A stretch of 46,404 nucleotides of DNA from Catajapyx aquilonaris (Eukaryota): contig KZ538178.1 in assembly GCA_000934665.2 (NCBI GenBank), forward strand, positions 62,001 to 108,404, given 5' to 3'. A program made the position numbers and the translations under genes. The notes below the pieces were generated by a model, which saw only the letters and a program-made list of their open reading frames with translations, ran no database searches and was not told the DNA's origin. Below, one piece after another: positions 11,995 through 25,074 of the stretch; the first letter of the stretch is position 1; the number at the start of each line of letters is the position of its first letter.

Positions 11995-14006
11995 TCAGCT
12001 CTGCTTCTTCTTCTGCTGCATGAAACGACCAACAACAGCGGCCACAGTCTCTCGCTCTGACAAGTACACTGTCGCCAGCACCACCGAGAAGGTGCCTCCT
12101 CCTATCAGCAGATGAATCGCTGCAGACTCGGGGTATATTGCCACCTGCAAGAAGCCGTTGTTAATATTATTGCAATAATGTTGTCTGCGGAGTGAGTGCA
12201 CCCACCTCTGATAGATGGTTGACGATTGCTGCAATGAGCAGTGAAGCCAGGACGGGTTTAGTTGGCACCACTCCAGTCCACGGCTGGAACTCTGTTCCCT
12301 GGAAGTGCTGGCGCATGTAGACAATGCCATGCGATATCCTGGCCAACATGTTGCAGCAGTTGGCTAGGACGAACCCCAGGCTGCCACACACCCGCGTCAG
12401 CAGCCAGGAGAGGAGCAGGAAAAGGGCAGACAGCACCACCATCAGCCGGTTGTGCCTGCAGCAATCAAACGTGAGTCACGCATGCCCTTTGGACGCAGCT
12501 CACACTGCCACAGTCACCACCTACCTGTTGAGCTGCGCTTGGCTCATGCAGGCAAACACGTAGGCCTCAGTGACCCCATTGAGCGCCAGGAAGAGGACGC
12601 AGAGGCACTGGGCTCGCAGCAATGACGGGCCCTCCCCCTGAGCCCAGGAGGGTCCCCCGTACAGGCGCAACAATAGGTGGGAGTAGGAGTGGCCAAACAC
12701 AACAAAGATCAGGCCAGTCACGCTCATGAAGCGGAGTAGAGACTTGAGGATGACAGACACTTGGGACACATCGTTCTAGGCAGAGAGGCGACAATCATGT
12801 TACTTGTGTGATATATCATATCTGGGATGCCAGGATTAGTTTTAAATATGTTTATTAAACTTTTAAATTCTGCTGACCTGGTCATGCTGAGGCAAGGGTT
12901 TGTCCCTCTGGACCATCTGTGCAAAATAGTAGTATGCAGAGTCCTCCACTGGGAGGAAGACAAAGCGGACGACCATTGAGGAGAGGTTGGCGACCACGTC
13001 GTACGTCCCCTGTTGCAGGAAGGTCAGCAGGTCAAAGATTGTCATCACGTATCTCTCTCCTTCAGTCAGCAGCTGCTTGAGTAGACCCTGCTTGAAGAAG
13101 CTCCAGGTCAGGGCACACAGGGTGGGGTTGAGCCAGCGACCCTCGGGACCTCTCCTTGGAAGGAAGTCCGCTACAGACTTGAATGGAAACGGGTCGCCCT
13201 CGTCTGACTTTTTGACTGCTTCTCCTCGTTTGCGTATGAACCACCAGAAGTACACGTAGTAGGATAGAGTGTACATGGTAGCTGCCAGTACGTGGCCAAT
13301 TCCGTACGCAAGCACGGCTGTACGCGGACTAACCACGGCAGCCACACAGAGGCTGAGCGCTCGGACCAATATGTAGGCAGTGTTGATGAGGACCTGGAGC
13401 TTGACGAAGAAGAAGGCCTGTGCGGCAATGTTGGCAGGGGCGGCAACCATTTCAATAACGCAGGAGGCTCCGATGGCCACCACCCCGTACACGTAATGCG
13501 ACGTCACCTCCTCCTCCGGCTGGACCAGCAGGTGGGTCCAGGCAAATCCAAACAGCAGGCTGCATATGATGCTGTTTGGCACGCTGTAATAAGAGTGGAG
13601 CATAATAAGCAGGGTGGTTGGACGAGGCCGCCTTCCCCTACTGCCAGCAAGACCCCTTACACGATCCAGACGAGGTTGAGCACGTGCGTCCACTGGCTGC
13701 GATCGCTGGCCTTGGCGCTCCCCAGGCAGGCCCTCCTGAAGGCCTCCCTGCTGACGAAGAGGACGGTGGAGTAGAGGAGGGTCAGCCGCACGTTGATCAC
13801 CCCGAGCACCTCCGGGCTCACGTAGCGGATGGTGAACGCATTCAGCAGGAAGGTCAGCACCCGGCTGCCAATCTGCAAAACCATTTATTATTGCAATGAG
13901 CACATGGCAATAGAGAGAGAGAGTTGTTGTGTTAAGCAATGACCTGGTATATGATGTTGTACGATGCGGTCTTGACGCTCCCTGCCAGCAGCTCCGTGGA
14001 CTTCAT
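11995..14006 (-). CDS. RFT1: RFT1 Man5GlcNAc2-PP-dolichol translocation protein, 543 aa; exons 14006-13944, 13872-13661, 13583-12878, 12775-12525, 12455-12206, 12144-11995
   Basis: Signature motifs SRVLTFLLNAF...NVRLTLLYSTVLFVSREAFRRACL, FFKQGLLKQLLTEGERYVMT, QGTYDVVANLSSMVVRFVFLPVEDS and LALNGVTEAYVFA; multi-pass hydrophobic protein; total spliced length divisible by 3. Confidence 0.96.
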
Positions 14007-14454
14007 CTTGGGCTCTCGTCTGCTGCACGGGAAGGAAGGAAGAGTTGTTGTCTTCTTCACATCAGCACCAAGCAGGCCCCTAATTTCGTCACATTTCAGT
14101 ATTTTTTTCCCAGCTTCTTTTTGCCAAAATTTTCATTTCCTGCAGCAGCTGCTGCAGTGATTTCAATTGCGGCGCAGGCGCACTAGAAACAGTGCACGGC
14201 AATTGTGCTGCAGATTGCACCCCCTGTATTGTCCAGGCGGTGAGCCATGCAATTTAAGCCGGACGAGTAATTAAAAACCGGGTGGCCATGCATGCCCCCC
14301 CATGTGTCGTCTGCAGTGGGATGCACACGCATGCGCCTTGACACGCACGTGACGTTGCAATCCCCATGTTCGTTGACATGGGGACGGTCCGTTCCGCGGT
14401 CCGTTCCTTTCCGCCCAGAGCCAGAAGGAACGTCGGACTGATTCATCATCTTCC

Positions 14455-14482
14455 TGATGATGATGATGATGATGATGATGAT
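14455..14482. repeat. (GAT)n microsatellite in the RFT1/GK5 divergent promoter interval
   Basis: About 9 tandem TGA/GAT units. Confidence 0.9.
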
Positions 14483-14692
14483 ACTGCGGAAGGAGGAAGG
14501 GGACATCACCCAGTGAGCACAACTGGGGCACTGCCACTCGCACCAGCAGGGAAACACACACAGGGAGGCAGGCAGGCAGGCAGCAGAAGTGGGCACTGCC
14601 CAGCAGCCAGTAGAGGTGAGGAGGAGGAGTGGACCATCAGGCAGCACATCATTGTTCCAGGGTGTTCTACTCCTGAAGAAGTGTTCTGAAGG

Positions 14693-17103
14693 ATGGGACG
14701 GACTGAGGAAGGCGACGGAGGGGTTCAGCCTGGGAAGGGCCTCCTCAGGGAAGGCGGAGGAGGGGACGACACCCCAGCCAGGTACGTGGCCTCCCTGGAC
14801 GTGGGGACCACCACCGTCCGCTGCCACGTGTACGACCAACACCTGAGGATCAAGGGAGCTGCGTACGCCAAGGTTGGTAGCCACACAAAATATATGGCAA
14901 GAGAAAAAAAACGGATGTACATGCTTGCAAATTGTGTTCCAGGTTGAATTGCTTCATCCGCAGCCTGGATGGGTTGAGATTGAGCCAGAGTCTCTGTGGG
15001 AGACGGTGCTGGAAGTCATCAACGGGGCAATCAAGAGTGAGTTTTCAGTCATTGCTTGGGGGAAGGTTTTGCTCAAGCCGTTGGTTCTGGTTCAGATGGA
15101 GGTCTCCGCGCTGGTGATGTCACCTGCCTGGGGATATCCACCCAGCGGTGCTCATTCATAACCTGGAACCACGAGAGCGGGAAGTACTACCACAACCTGA
15201 TTGCCTGGAGTGACATGAGGGCAGACTCCCTGGTCAACCGCTGGAACAGCTCCGTCACTCTGAGAGGCCTCCGCTTTGGTGCCAAACTGCTTCACATGGT
15301 CACACAGCAGAAGAGGTTCCTCGTCGCCTCCGTGTTGAGGCTCATGAACCCACAGGTGTGTGTGCAAGGCGTTCCATCCGAGTCGTCATCTTGCCTCCCA
15401 CCATTCATGCTCTTCTAGGTGCTGTCCCGCCTTTTGTGGGCCCTCGACAACGTTCCCAACCTTCGCCCTGATGCCGAGCAAGGGCTGGTTCGCTTCGGCA
15501 CCCTCGACACTTGGCTGATCCACCGCCTGACTGGTGGGGAGCTCCACGTGACCGACTTCAGCAATGCGTCCGCCACGGCCCTATTCGATCCATTCCTGAT
15601 GCAGTGGAGCCAGCTGGCTTGGAAGGTCTTTGGTGTCCCTCTAGCCATGCTGCCAGAGGTCAGGGATTCCGCTGGAGATTTTGGCACATGTAAGACCAGC
15701 CTCTTCGGAGCACCCTTGCCCATCAAGGCTCTGGTGAGTTTGAGCTCTTCACTGAGAAAGTAACAATCTTATTAGCTACTTACAGTGTGATACTTCCTGT
15801 TGCTGTGCATTATGCAATGGATTGTAAAGAAACAGAATGGTTCACTAGTGTTTTCGCTTCTACTGGTAACAGTCTGGGTTACATTCCATTGTTGAAGTTC
15901 ACTGGGTCAAGTGGTTTTCCCTGCCGAAACAGGTGGCGGACCAGTCTGCATCAATGTTTGGATCATGCTGCTTTGATAAAGGAGATGTGAAGATCACCCT
16001 TGGGACTGGCACCTTTCTGAACGTAAACACTGGCAGAGAGCCACATGCATCGGTCAAAGGTCAGTGGGTGGAGGAGTTCACCAGCTGACTTGAGACGCTC
16101 TGTTGTTCTTCAGGTCTTTACCCAGTGGTTGGATGGAAAATAAGGGATGAGGTGGCCTACCTGGCAGAGGGAGCCTCCAATGACACTGGATCACTGATTG
16201 AATGGGCGCAATCAATTGGTGAGTTAGGGCTGATTGCGCAGTACTTGCTGTGACTAACACCATGTGACTAATAACACGCAACACTGTGTGTGACACAGGC
16301 TTGTTTAAGAAGGCGGAGGAGACCTCTGACCTGGCCCAGTCTGTTCCCGACTCGGGAGGAGTCTGCTTCGTGCCTGCCTTCAGCGGACTGCAGGTGTGGC
16401 AGTCTCTCTTTGCTTACCTCGGGTCCTTCTTTAACACTTCTTTGAGTACATTAATTCTATTAACTGGCACATTACATGGATCCCCAGCCGTGGCATTGTT
16501 CATGCTCAGGATGATGCATTTGGCAGTAGCTTGCTTATGACTATGAACACATTTCCTACCTTCTCTGTGCCTTTTGCAGGCCCCGTACAACGACATGTGC
16601 GCATCTGCCGGCTTGATAGGAGTGACTCGATCAAGCGGTAAGGAGGTTCTGGTGCGCTCCCTGCTGGAGAGCATTGCCTTCCGGGCAGCCCAGCTTTACC
16701 AGGTCATGCTCAGCGAGGCCTCCTTCCACTTCTCTCCCGTCATTCGCACTGACGGCGGGGTTTCTGCCAATGACTTTGTGGCACAGCTGATGTCCAACCT
16801 AACCAACCAGAGGGTGGAGAGGTCAGCCAGCACTGAAATGACCTCTGCAGGGGCTGCGCTCATGGCAGGAATGGAAGGAGGTGAGGTAGTCACTGGAGTA
16901 GTCACTTCCGCTATTCTGACGTGATTTATTGGCCATCAGGTGTGTGGGCTTCCAAAGAGGAGCTTGCAAAGCTTCGCAGGAAAGGGAAGCACTTTGATCC
17001 AAAGCTGGACCAGCAGAAGCTCAGCAGGTCAGCCATGGCCCACTGGGAGAAAGCTGTCAGGAGATTCCTCCAGTGGCACAATAATGAAAATAACACTCAA
17101 TAA
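14693..17103 (+). CDS. GK5: Glycerol kinase 5 (FGGY family), 546 aa; exons 14693-14872, 14943-15036, 15096-15355, 15419-15733, 15933-16059, 16114-16218, 16299-16393, 16580-16880, 16940-17103
   Basis: Motifs LDVGTTTVRC, GISTQRCSFITW, FGTLDTWL, TDFSNASAT, VADQSASMFGSCCF..GDVKITLGTGTFL, FVPAFSGLQAP and DGGVSANDFV. All junctions are GT-AG and in phase. Confidence 0.94.
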
Positions 17104-17691
17104 CTTAGCAAACCATTCCAGGCATGTCAAAGTGCCTGCATTTACTTGCATAGCATACTGCTTAGGATGACGTCTTCTATATTTAAAAAAAAAAAGATTA
17201 GTTTTTACCGGGAAGTCTACCCCCGTATGTTGCACGTGTACAGTTGCAATACTCTAAAGCCAAAGGGAAGGTTGAAGAGCACATGGTGTGTAACAATTCG
17301 GATATTATTATATCACAGAAATTCTGCCTGTACGCGTCTGGATTGCCGCATCACCTCAGAAGCTAGTGTGTGTGGCCAGTACTACGTGAGGAAGGTTAGT
17401 TTTCTGGTGCTCAAGCAGATTATAACGACATTGATATTATATGCAAGTAAATGAAGTAGAATTCCTGCTCTTGCCATTCCGGTGCTTAGGCTCTGACATA
17501 ATCAAACTAACGCACTTCTATTTTTATATTTCTTGAGATATCGTGCCTTATATTTTCCTGGCAGTATGAAAGTGAAGTCCACGAGAGGTTGTATACTTTT
17601 ATACCAGAAGTTGCTGTCACATGGTTGTACTAGGTTGTACCCAAGTATTTTTGGTATTGTTATGTTGTTTCCATTGTTCTAGTTGTTGAAA

Positions 17692-18043
17692 AGCACTCGT
17701 ACTGGACTCGTGGAGATTGGCATGAAACTGGAACAATAGGTGCATCATAGGCTGTGAATTCACTGGTTTGTGATGCCCAGTCCTTTTCATATTATAGGCA
17801 AAAATATATTAGCATAATTAGTAAAAGATATTAATCAATTGCTATTATTATATGCTGTATATTCCATGTCACACGCCTGTTATTCACTTCTCAGGCCTTA
17901 CACATGTATGTGAAGGTCACTAATACAATTTTGCTCGCTTTTAAAGTGGCTGGCTGACATAGCTCCTACCAGTGAATTATCAGCCTACGATATGCCTGGC
18001 GTGCCAGTTTCATGCGAATCTGTGCGAGTCCAGTTCTTGTGCT
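17692..18043. repeat. Degenerate inverted repeat (about 90-bp arms), likely an old foldback/transposon remnant
   Basis: 17692-17782 (ACTGGACTCGTGGAGATTGGCATGAAACTGG...TAGGCTGTGAATTCACTGGT) matches the reverse complement of 17952-18043 with scattered mismatches. Confidence 0.65.
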
Positions 18044-18947
18044 CTCCTTGTTAGCAATATGTGAAGTTCCTGGTTGTAATTCGGCAGGGTGAGTTGCTCA
18101 GTTAACCAGGGGAGGCCCTTCGAGCCGTGGAGGAACTTGGACAATTTAATTCTAATTGCTTGAATTATGTGGGGCTTACGAATCATGTTGAGTCTGTTTG
18201 TTACTCTACTAGAGACAGTCTCACATGTTGCAAGTGACCCAGTTGCATGTTAGTGCTTGTTGATTTCCATGTTGAGCATTAGGACGCAACTAATTCTTGG
18301 CAACAGCCTTGTCATGCAGGTTACCTCCTCAATGCTTGAGGCATTTTGCAATTACTTTGAGAATCCTTAGGTAATTAGTATAATGTGATTAATAGTGCTC
18401 AGTGATTAATTTGCGATTGAAGACCATTGCGTCACTGCTTGGTCCACAGTGAAGGCAAACGTGAAGTCCTTCCCTAGGTGCGAAATTCATTGAAGCAGGT
18501 CCCAGGTGCAGGGAAACATATCCACTGAGTTTATTTTTCCCTCTTACATTATTTTGTCGAGTCACAAATCTGCGGCTAACATTCCTTGGCATTTCTTGTT
18601 TCACCTTCGAGAGTTTATTTTCTTACCTTTGTTTTCAATTTCTCTTGTTCATGACCCTACTTGTACAATAAGCTACATTTGTTGTGGTGGAATAAAATAT
18701 ATCTTTGTTGGGAAGTCTGCTTTCCATCTGAGTGTGTGCCATTGGGGTTCCAAAATGTTGCAGATTGAGTGAAGCAGCTTTTCATGTTATTTCAACAGCC
18801 AAGAAACGATGTGGTAAGCATACATCACTGTAAAAAAATCTCACACATACTGTACGTATACGACCACCTTCCTCAGTGCTCCATTCTCATTGTTCAATCT
18901 TAAAAGTAGCAATCCATTTCATTATTAATTTTGTTCATTTTTCAGAT

Positions 18948-19695
18948 TTAGCTCAGTAAACCTTCAGAGGGTAGCCTCCTCTTTGCAAGCCACTCTCTAA
19001 GGTCCGAGTTGCCATTTTCTTCAACAATGGTTCGTAATGACCTGCCCCTGTCATCTCGAGTTGTGCTGTCAGCCCCATGATCCGCCAGCCATTGCACCGT
19101 GTGGCTTTTGCCAGCTACGGCTGCCAAAATTAGCAAAGAGTTTCCTGCTTTGTCCTTTGCATTAACATCACCTCCGACACTCACCAGTGATTTCACAAAT
19201 GGCCAGAGGCCCTTTTGAGCCGCTTTGATTAATGCGTTGTCAGGAATAAGTGCACCCATCCGCCGAGTGCTGAGCTGGCCTGGATTCTCATGCTCTTGGA
19301 CCAGCAAGAGCAGCTCTTCTTCATCCATTTCATCAGAGTAGTCATCGCTGGGTGTTGTTGATGGCAACCCTTGAATGTCGGCGGCGCATAACCATGCCAC
19401 TACTGCCTGGAAAGAGGGGTAGGCACACAGGGATTGTCATGTCAAGTTATTAGGAAACGCTATAATTTCACCATTGATTATTATTATTTAAACGCCAGAA
19501 GGTATTCTTTTCGGCTTTTAATTTGGCGCGTCTTCTGGGAGAGCTTAATTCAGCAGGGTTGATTTTTGGTAGCCTTCTTCTACATGGAATGATTTGATTA
19601 GCATTTCCCTGCGCCAGTAACACAGGCATATTTAAAATATATTGTTTTGATAGCAATGTCCTTACCAGCAGATGAAACCAAGCTGCTTCCATCAT
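18948..19695 (-). CDS. Secreted small ankyrin-repeat protein, paralog 1, 162 aa; exons 19695-19666, 19406-18948
   Basis: Spliced N-terminus MMEAAWFHLL|AVVAWLCAADIQG (signal-like), acidic DDYSDEMDEEE segment, RR, then ankyrin repeats (LIKAAQKG..FVKSLVSVGGDVNAKDKAGNSLLILAA...WLADHGAD). Confidence 0.85.
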
Positions 19696-21544
19696 GAGAC
19701 TCGGAGCTGTAGTTTTCTGTGAGAAATGACACACGACGCAGCAGCTGTATTCTCTGTGGTGTGCCTGACACAGTAATTGACTACGTGCTATTCATAAGAT
19801 ACAATGTTTCCATGAGATTCATTTTTTTTAAACACACCTGTTCTTTTTTCTTATCAGGAGAAATGAACTTGAACAGCAGGAGATGTTTCAATACACAGAC
19901 ATGGAAGTGGCAGCCTCTACCAACTTCACCAGTGAGGACAACCAAAAAAAAAAAAAAAAAGGGTATTGCGCTAGAATATTAAAAGTTATCGCTCTACTAC
20001 GTCTTGCACAGACGTCACAACACCCACCCAAGCTTCCTTTTGTGTTACTAATAGACTAAACAGTGATTTGTGAATCACTTTGTAAGATATAATCTAACAA
20101 TTCATATTGGTGGAATCCACAGTATGTAATCGCTTTTATGCTTTATTGTTTGGACTTTAGAGATTGCTCTTTTATGAGGTGCTGGCAGCGGAGCCTGTTT
20201 TTCTCACAGCCTGTTTCCATGGTGATCACCGACAAAATCCCGTTGCCATGGGCTGACAAAAAAACAAAAACAAAATGAAGCTTTGCCTCATAAGTAGATT
20301 TTGAAAAAAAAAAAAAAGAAGTTATTAATTAATTTCATAGCAGCAAACCCCCTATTGTTGTTTCCAAGAATAGCAGGAGTGTTGCGAGTGGCAGCGTTGT
20401 GGTTAGGTTTCCAACTTGTTCTGAAAGAGTCTCTGAAAAATGACAACATGTGTGAATATTGCAAACAGTAATAATTTGCGAGAAATGGTTTGTTTGTTTG
20501 AGTACACACAGCCATTATGGTTTGTCCAGTTCGCCCAAACTTATCCGCTGCTCCTGGTTTTTAAATCTAGCAGCCTTACAAGATATTTACTTCAGCTTGT
20601 TTAAGTTTGCTGAGCAATATATCTGGCGTGACCACTTTATTCCTTCAGCAGGGGAAGCAGACGTCTGTCCCTGGCCGAAACCAATAGCAACATAAAACAT
20701 ACACATAATTCACAAGCAACCCTACATTGGGCGCCATCCTTGGTACTGGCATGCTTTTTAAGGGACTGCGACTTCATTTCCTGAAACTGGAGCATGCGTC
20801 TCGGGCATCATTTTTGTAAAGGGGAGACGAATGTCAGATGAACCTACATTTCCTGCACTCTTTTTATACTGTCCGAGTTCAGTATTTCATCATGAAGGTG
20901 GGGCAGGAGTTCCGCACATTGTCTTAATTTCTGAATATGATGCATTTCAATGCACTTGTCACACCAAGTCACACCAATTAAAAGTTATATTAATTTTAAA
21001 ACGAGTGTTTTTGTAGTATAATTGAAATACATGACTCAATTGAGTTTCTAGCTTCAGTGGAATCAGGTGGGCTGTGTTGGTAATGGTTGGGGAGACTGTT
21101 TGATCACTGTGTGGCAGAACATGACATGGAGGAAGGGGCAGAGGGGTTTGGCTGACCAGGATGAGCTGGAAAGCCAAGACATAAAGTTGTTAATGTAACA
21201 TCTCAGGTGCATGTGCTTCCAGGGGTACTACATTGTGCGCAGGGAATGATGACTCTCCCTCCAGCACTCATGCCAAGACGTTCTGGAGGTGCACTACTGA
21301 TCAAATAATTTGGCCCTGATTCTATATCTCGTTAGTTTCATAATATTCACGATGAGTACTGTACAGTTTGGCCTGAAAGGAGGTGACTGATAGTTGAATG
21401 AACCAACATTATTATGCCAAAAGAAAATGGCATGTTACGAACAGTTCCACGTGCGCACCTGCAGTCTGCCAAAGCCTCATCTGCCTGTGTGAAGTGTTGA
21501 ACGATATTTCCGTTTTTGTACACAGCGTCACCCATTTTTCAAAT

Positions 21545-22244
21545 TTAGCCAATCCTCCTCCCAGCAAACCAAGTCAGAAGGTCTCTGTCACCATTGGCAG
21601 TTATAATGCTCCTTAATGTCCTGCCTCGGTTGTCTCTTTTTGAGGTATCAGCCCCTCGATCCACCAGCCATTTCACCATGAAGTTTTGGCGAGTTAAGGC
21701 TGACAGAATTAGTATGGAGTTTCCATCACTGTCCTTGGCGTTGATGTTGGCCCCAAGATTCACCAGTGATTTCACAAATGGCCAGAAACCCCTTTTAGCA
21801 GCTTTGATTATTTCACGATCAGGAATTGCGTGACCAAACCGCCTGCCGAGAGTTCCATCGCTATACTGATCCATGTGCGCCACAATGCGGACCAAGTCTT
21901 CATCCAACTCTGAATAGTCTTCATTGAGCAAGGGTGTATGAGGCTCCTCCCTGTGAGCGTCTGCACCCAACCACACCATTATTGCCTGGAAAGAGTAGTT
22001 GGCACATGCACATTAGAATGCCTTAACTTCAGTCGAGTCCCATCAGCCTCGGACCACCCTGCACATTGGAATGCCAGAGTCACCAACTTCTTCGCATTAA
22101 TTGAAATATTTTTTTGTTGCTGATTGATACATTCAAGTTGTATGTAGGAGAATGTGATTTTTCGTAATTTAATATATGTTTTTTTTACATAATATTGCAA
22201 TATGTCCATACCAAGATGTAGAAACTGCACCATGCTGCTTTCAT
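21545..22244 (-). CDS. Secreted small ankyrin-repeat protein, paralog 2, 157 aa; exons 22244-22212, 21985-21545
   Basis: MKAAWCSFYIL|AIMVWLGADA signal-like N-terminus with AxA end, acidic EDYSELDED segment, RR, then ankyrin repeats (IIKAAKRG..FVKSLVNLGANINAKDSDGNSILILSA...WLVDRGAD). Confidence 0.87.
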
Positions 22245-24988
22245 CCCGAGACTTGGCGATTTCGTTTCCTGCAGAAAATGACACAAGACACAGTTGTTGT
22301 TCTTTGTGGTGATGTCACAAAAAGTATTGCAATAAAATGCTTTCATCCAATTAACTTTTGTCATCAGAACACTTTTTTCTTACCAGGAGAGCTGATGGAC
22401 TTGGAGTTTCAAAGTCCAGCGTGGACCAAAAGAGTTGGCTGAATGGATCGAGAGGATTGGATGCTGCCCTCTCAACGCGCAGAATGCACCACTTCACCTT
22501 GAGGATGACTCCACAGAGTACACATCACGGAAGATAATCGTTGCTTGATCCCATTGCTGCAGCATGTGCAGATGACAAGTGCATCCAGGCTGATGCGTAC
22601 TTTTCCCATACACTGAACGATGATAGGTAACAAGTTTACAAGATATCGAGTTTAACAATGCATGCTGATTTCGGCCATAATAATTTAGTGCATTATTGTT
22701 CAGAGAACGTCCAATGATTTTTATGAGTCATAAAAGTAAATAATGCTCGACACGAACTGAGTATTTAGTTTAACGAGAGAAATGTAGATAACCTGAGCAA
22801 CCTACAGACAAAAGGTGCATATATTGTTGGTGAATATTGTTATTGGGAGAATGTGGGCATTGATGTGCCTACTGTTGTAAAGGACCAGAAGAACACTGTT
22901 TCTTTTTCGAGGATCTCGGAATTTTATTTTTTTGGGAGGTCAAAGGAAAAATAGGGAATTTTGGCTTTTCTTTTTCTTTCTTTCTTTATTTTTTATTATT
23001 TTGAAAACATGAATTTTTACCATCATTGAACATAAAGGAATAATTGTTTCAATTTTTAACAAGTGTGGTTTAACCAGTGACAAAAAGTGTTTTCATTTTC
23101 AGCCTTTCATTTGTGTTACAGGCCAAATTAATTGGTTTTGTACTCTGGGCCTCAGGATAATGTTTTCACTTTCATGTTGAATCGTTTTTATCCAAGCCCT
23201 CATACACTGCATTATTGTGTGTGCCTGCTGACTGCTTGGTCTATGACTCCGTTACTGAATTCTGCAGTTATTTACTGTGCGAAGTTTGGGTCTTGGAATA
23301 TGCTGTACTGGTATCGTTTACGGATCCCCTTTTGTAATGTGTCGTCAGTATAATGCCCTCATAATCATTTATTCAAAGATTATTACTAGTGAGCAATGAC
23401 ATGAGACGGATTTTAAGAAAAATATCAAACTACAGTTTAGCTGTATTCATTTACCAATCATTTCATTATACATGCATAGCTAAGGTCACATCTCAATTGA
23501 TCCAACTTTACTATGATGATAAAATAGATTCCTAGACAGTAAACTTGAGAGGAATGGTTCGAATAAGTTGATGGAAACTAGAGAAGGGAATCACACATCT
23601 TCAGTTCAATGATTTGAAATTTCCTTAGTTTAAAAAAGTGTTGCACATTTAGATGCATCACGTGCATTATTGTAGTGTGTAAGAAATAAAAGTACAAGGC
23701 AAGGGCAATTATTCCACCAAATACCAATCCAATGGTATGAACCTTACTGAAACCTGATCTACAGCCCCTGCACTTTATAAAAAAGTGACACCAGGCACAC
23801 TGGATGGAAGGAAGCAATGTTGAACCGAAGTGTGTACTCGTCATCTGACAGTACTTCCCAACAGATTGTTGTTGTGGTTTGCAGGCCCCACCAGCTGGCA
23901 TCACACCAGAATGGCTTTAGTCGCCAGCCATGCAGCAGTTGAGATGCCTCATCAGAGGGGCGTGAATCTCCACTGCTGCTGGTTTCTAATGGGCATTTTT
24001 GCTCCCAAGTTCAGCACCAGTTCCCACTGCTGTTCACCACTGACTTCAAATGGCCTCTCAAATCAGAATCCGCGGGATTCTTGACATCAATAAGGACTAC
24101 AAAGGGGACTGCTTCTCTAAGGACTTGTGATGAATTAATGGGACAATTATTATTGTTATCAGGGAAGCGTGTATAATGATTCTAAAAGGTTTCACATGGG
24201 TTTGGAAACATCATCTGTGTGTCTATGCATGCAATTCTTTATCTGACATTAGAATTAAATACATAAGTAGCAGTCAAGTCAATTTTAATAACTCTCTGAA
24301 TCTTTTATACAAGATTATTCTTAATCTCGTACACAGTTTCTAAAGTGTAACATATTATGCAGTATACTTAGGTCTACCTAGTTATAAAATTGTTAATCAA
24401 CTGAGGATATTTACAGAAAGTAGTGCAATAGTATCAAATAAAAAACCATGCGTGGTCCTAGCATATTATTGTGCATTTTTTGCCAATAAGTACTCTGAGT
24501 AGGTGATTTCCAAACTCTAAGTACCAATTACAGTTATCATTAGCATCCATTAATTACAACAACAACAACAACAACAGACATGATTTCTCCCTTTCTTTAG
24601 CATGTTAAATCACCTAATAATGGCCATCATTTTAAAAACCCTTGCTGCTAAGATGAAGAAGGAAAAAAGGGTGCATGTGTTACAGATCCCACAACTATAG
24701 TTAGTGATGAATGTGTTAGGTACAGTGTTATTGATTGTTAGGATTGTGAACACAGTCGCTTGTTCCCCACTCCTGGTTCACCTCCCTTGTACGAGTCTGT
24801 CCAATGGCGGCAAGCTACAATAAAGCACAGTTAACCCTAGATATGTATAGATTACCGAAAGAATGTTCAATTTTTAATAACCTGTGCGAACCTATGTCAC
24901 CTGGTGTAACATGCGGATTTAGACTTAAATCCCAGATAATGAGTCTCAATAAGTGACAACCTCCTTGAAGTTGTCAAATCCACCCAGG

Positions 24989-24989
<1 letters not shown>

Positions 24990-25021
<32 letters not shown>
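24990..25021. repeat. (TA)n microsatellite
   Basis: About 16 TA units just downstream of ankyrin paralog 3. Confidence 0.95.
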
Positions 25022-25022
<1 letters not shown>

Positions 25023-25074
25023 CTGGACTGACTCCTCCTCCACACTGATGGTTAACTGGATGAGTTTTTCTTTC

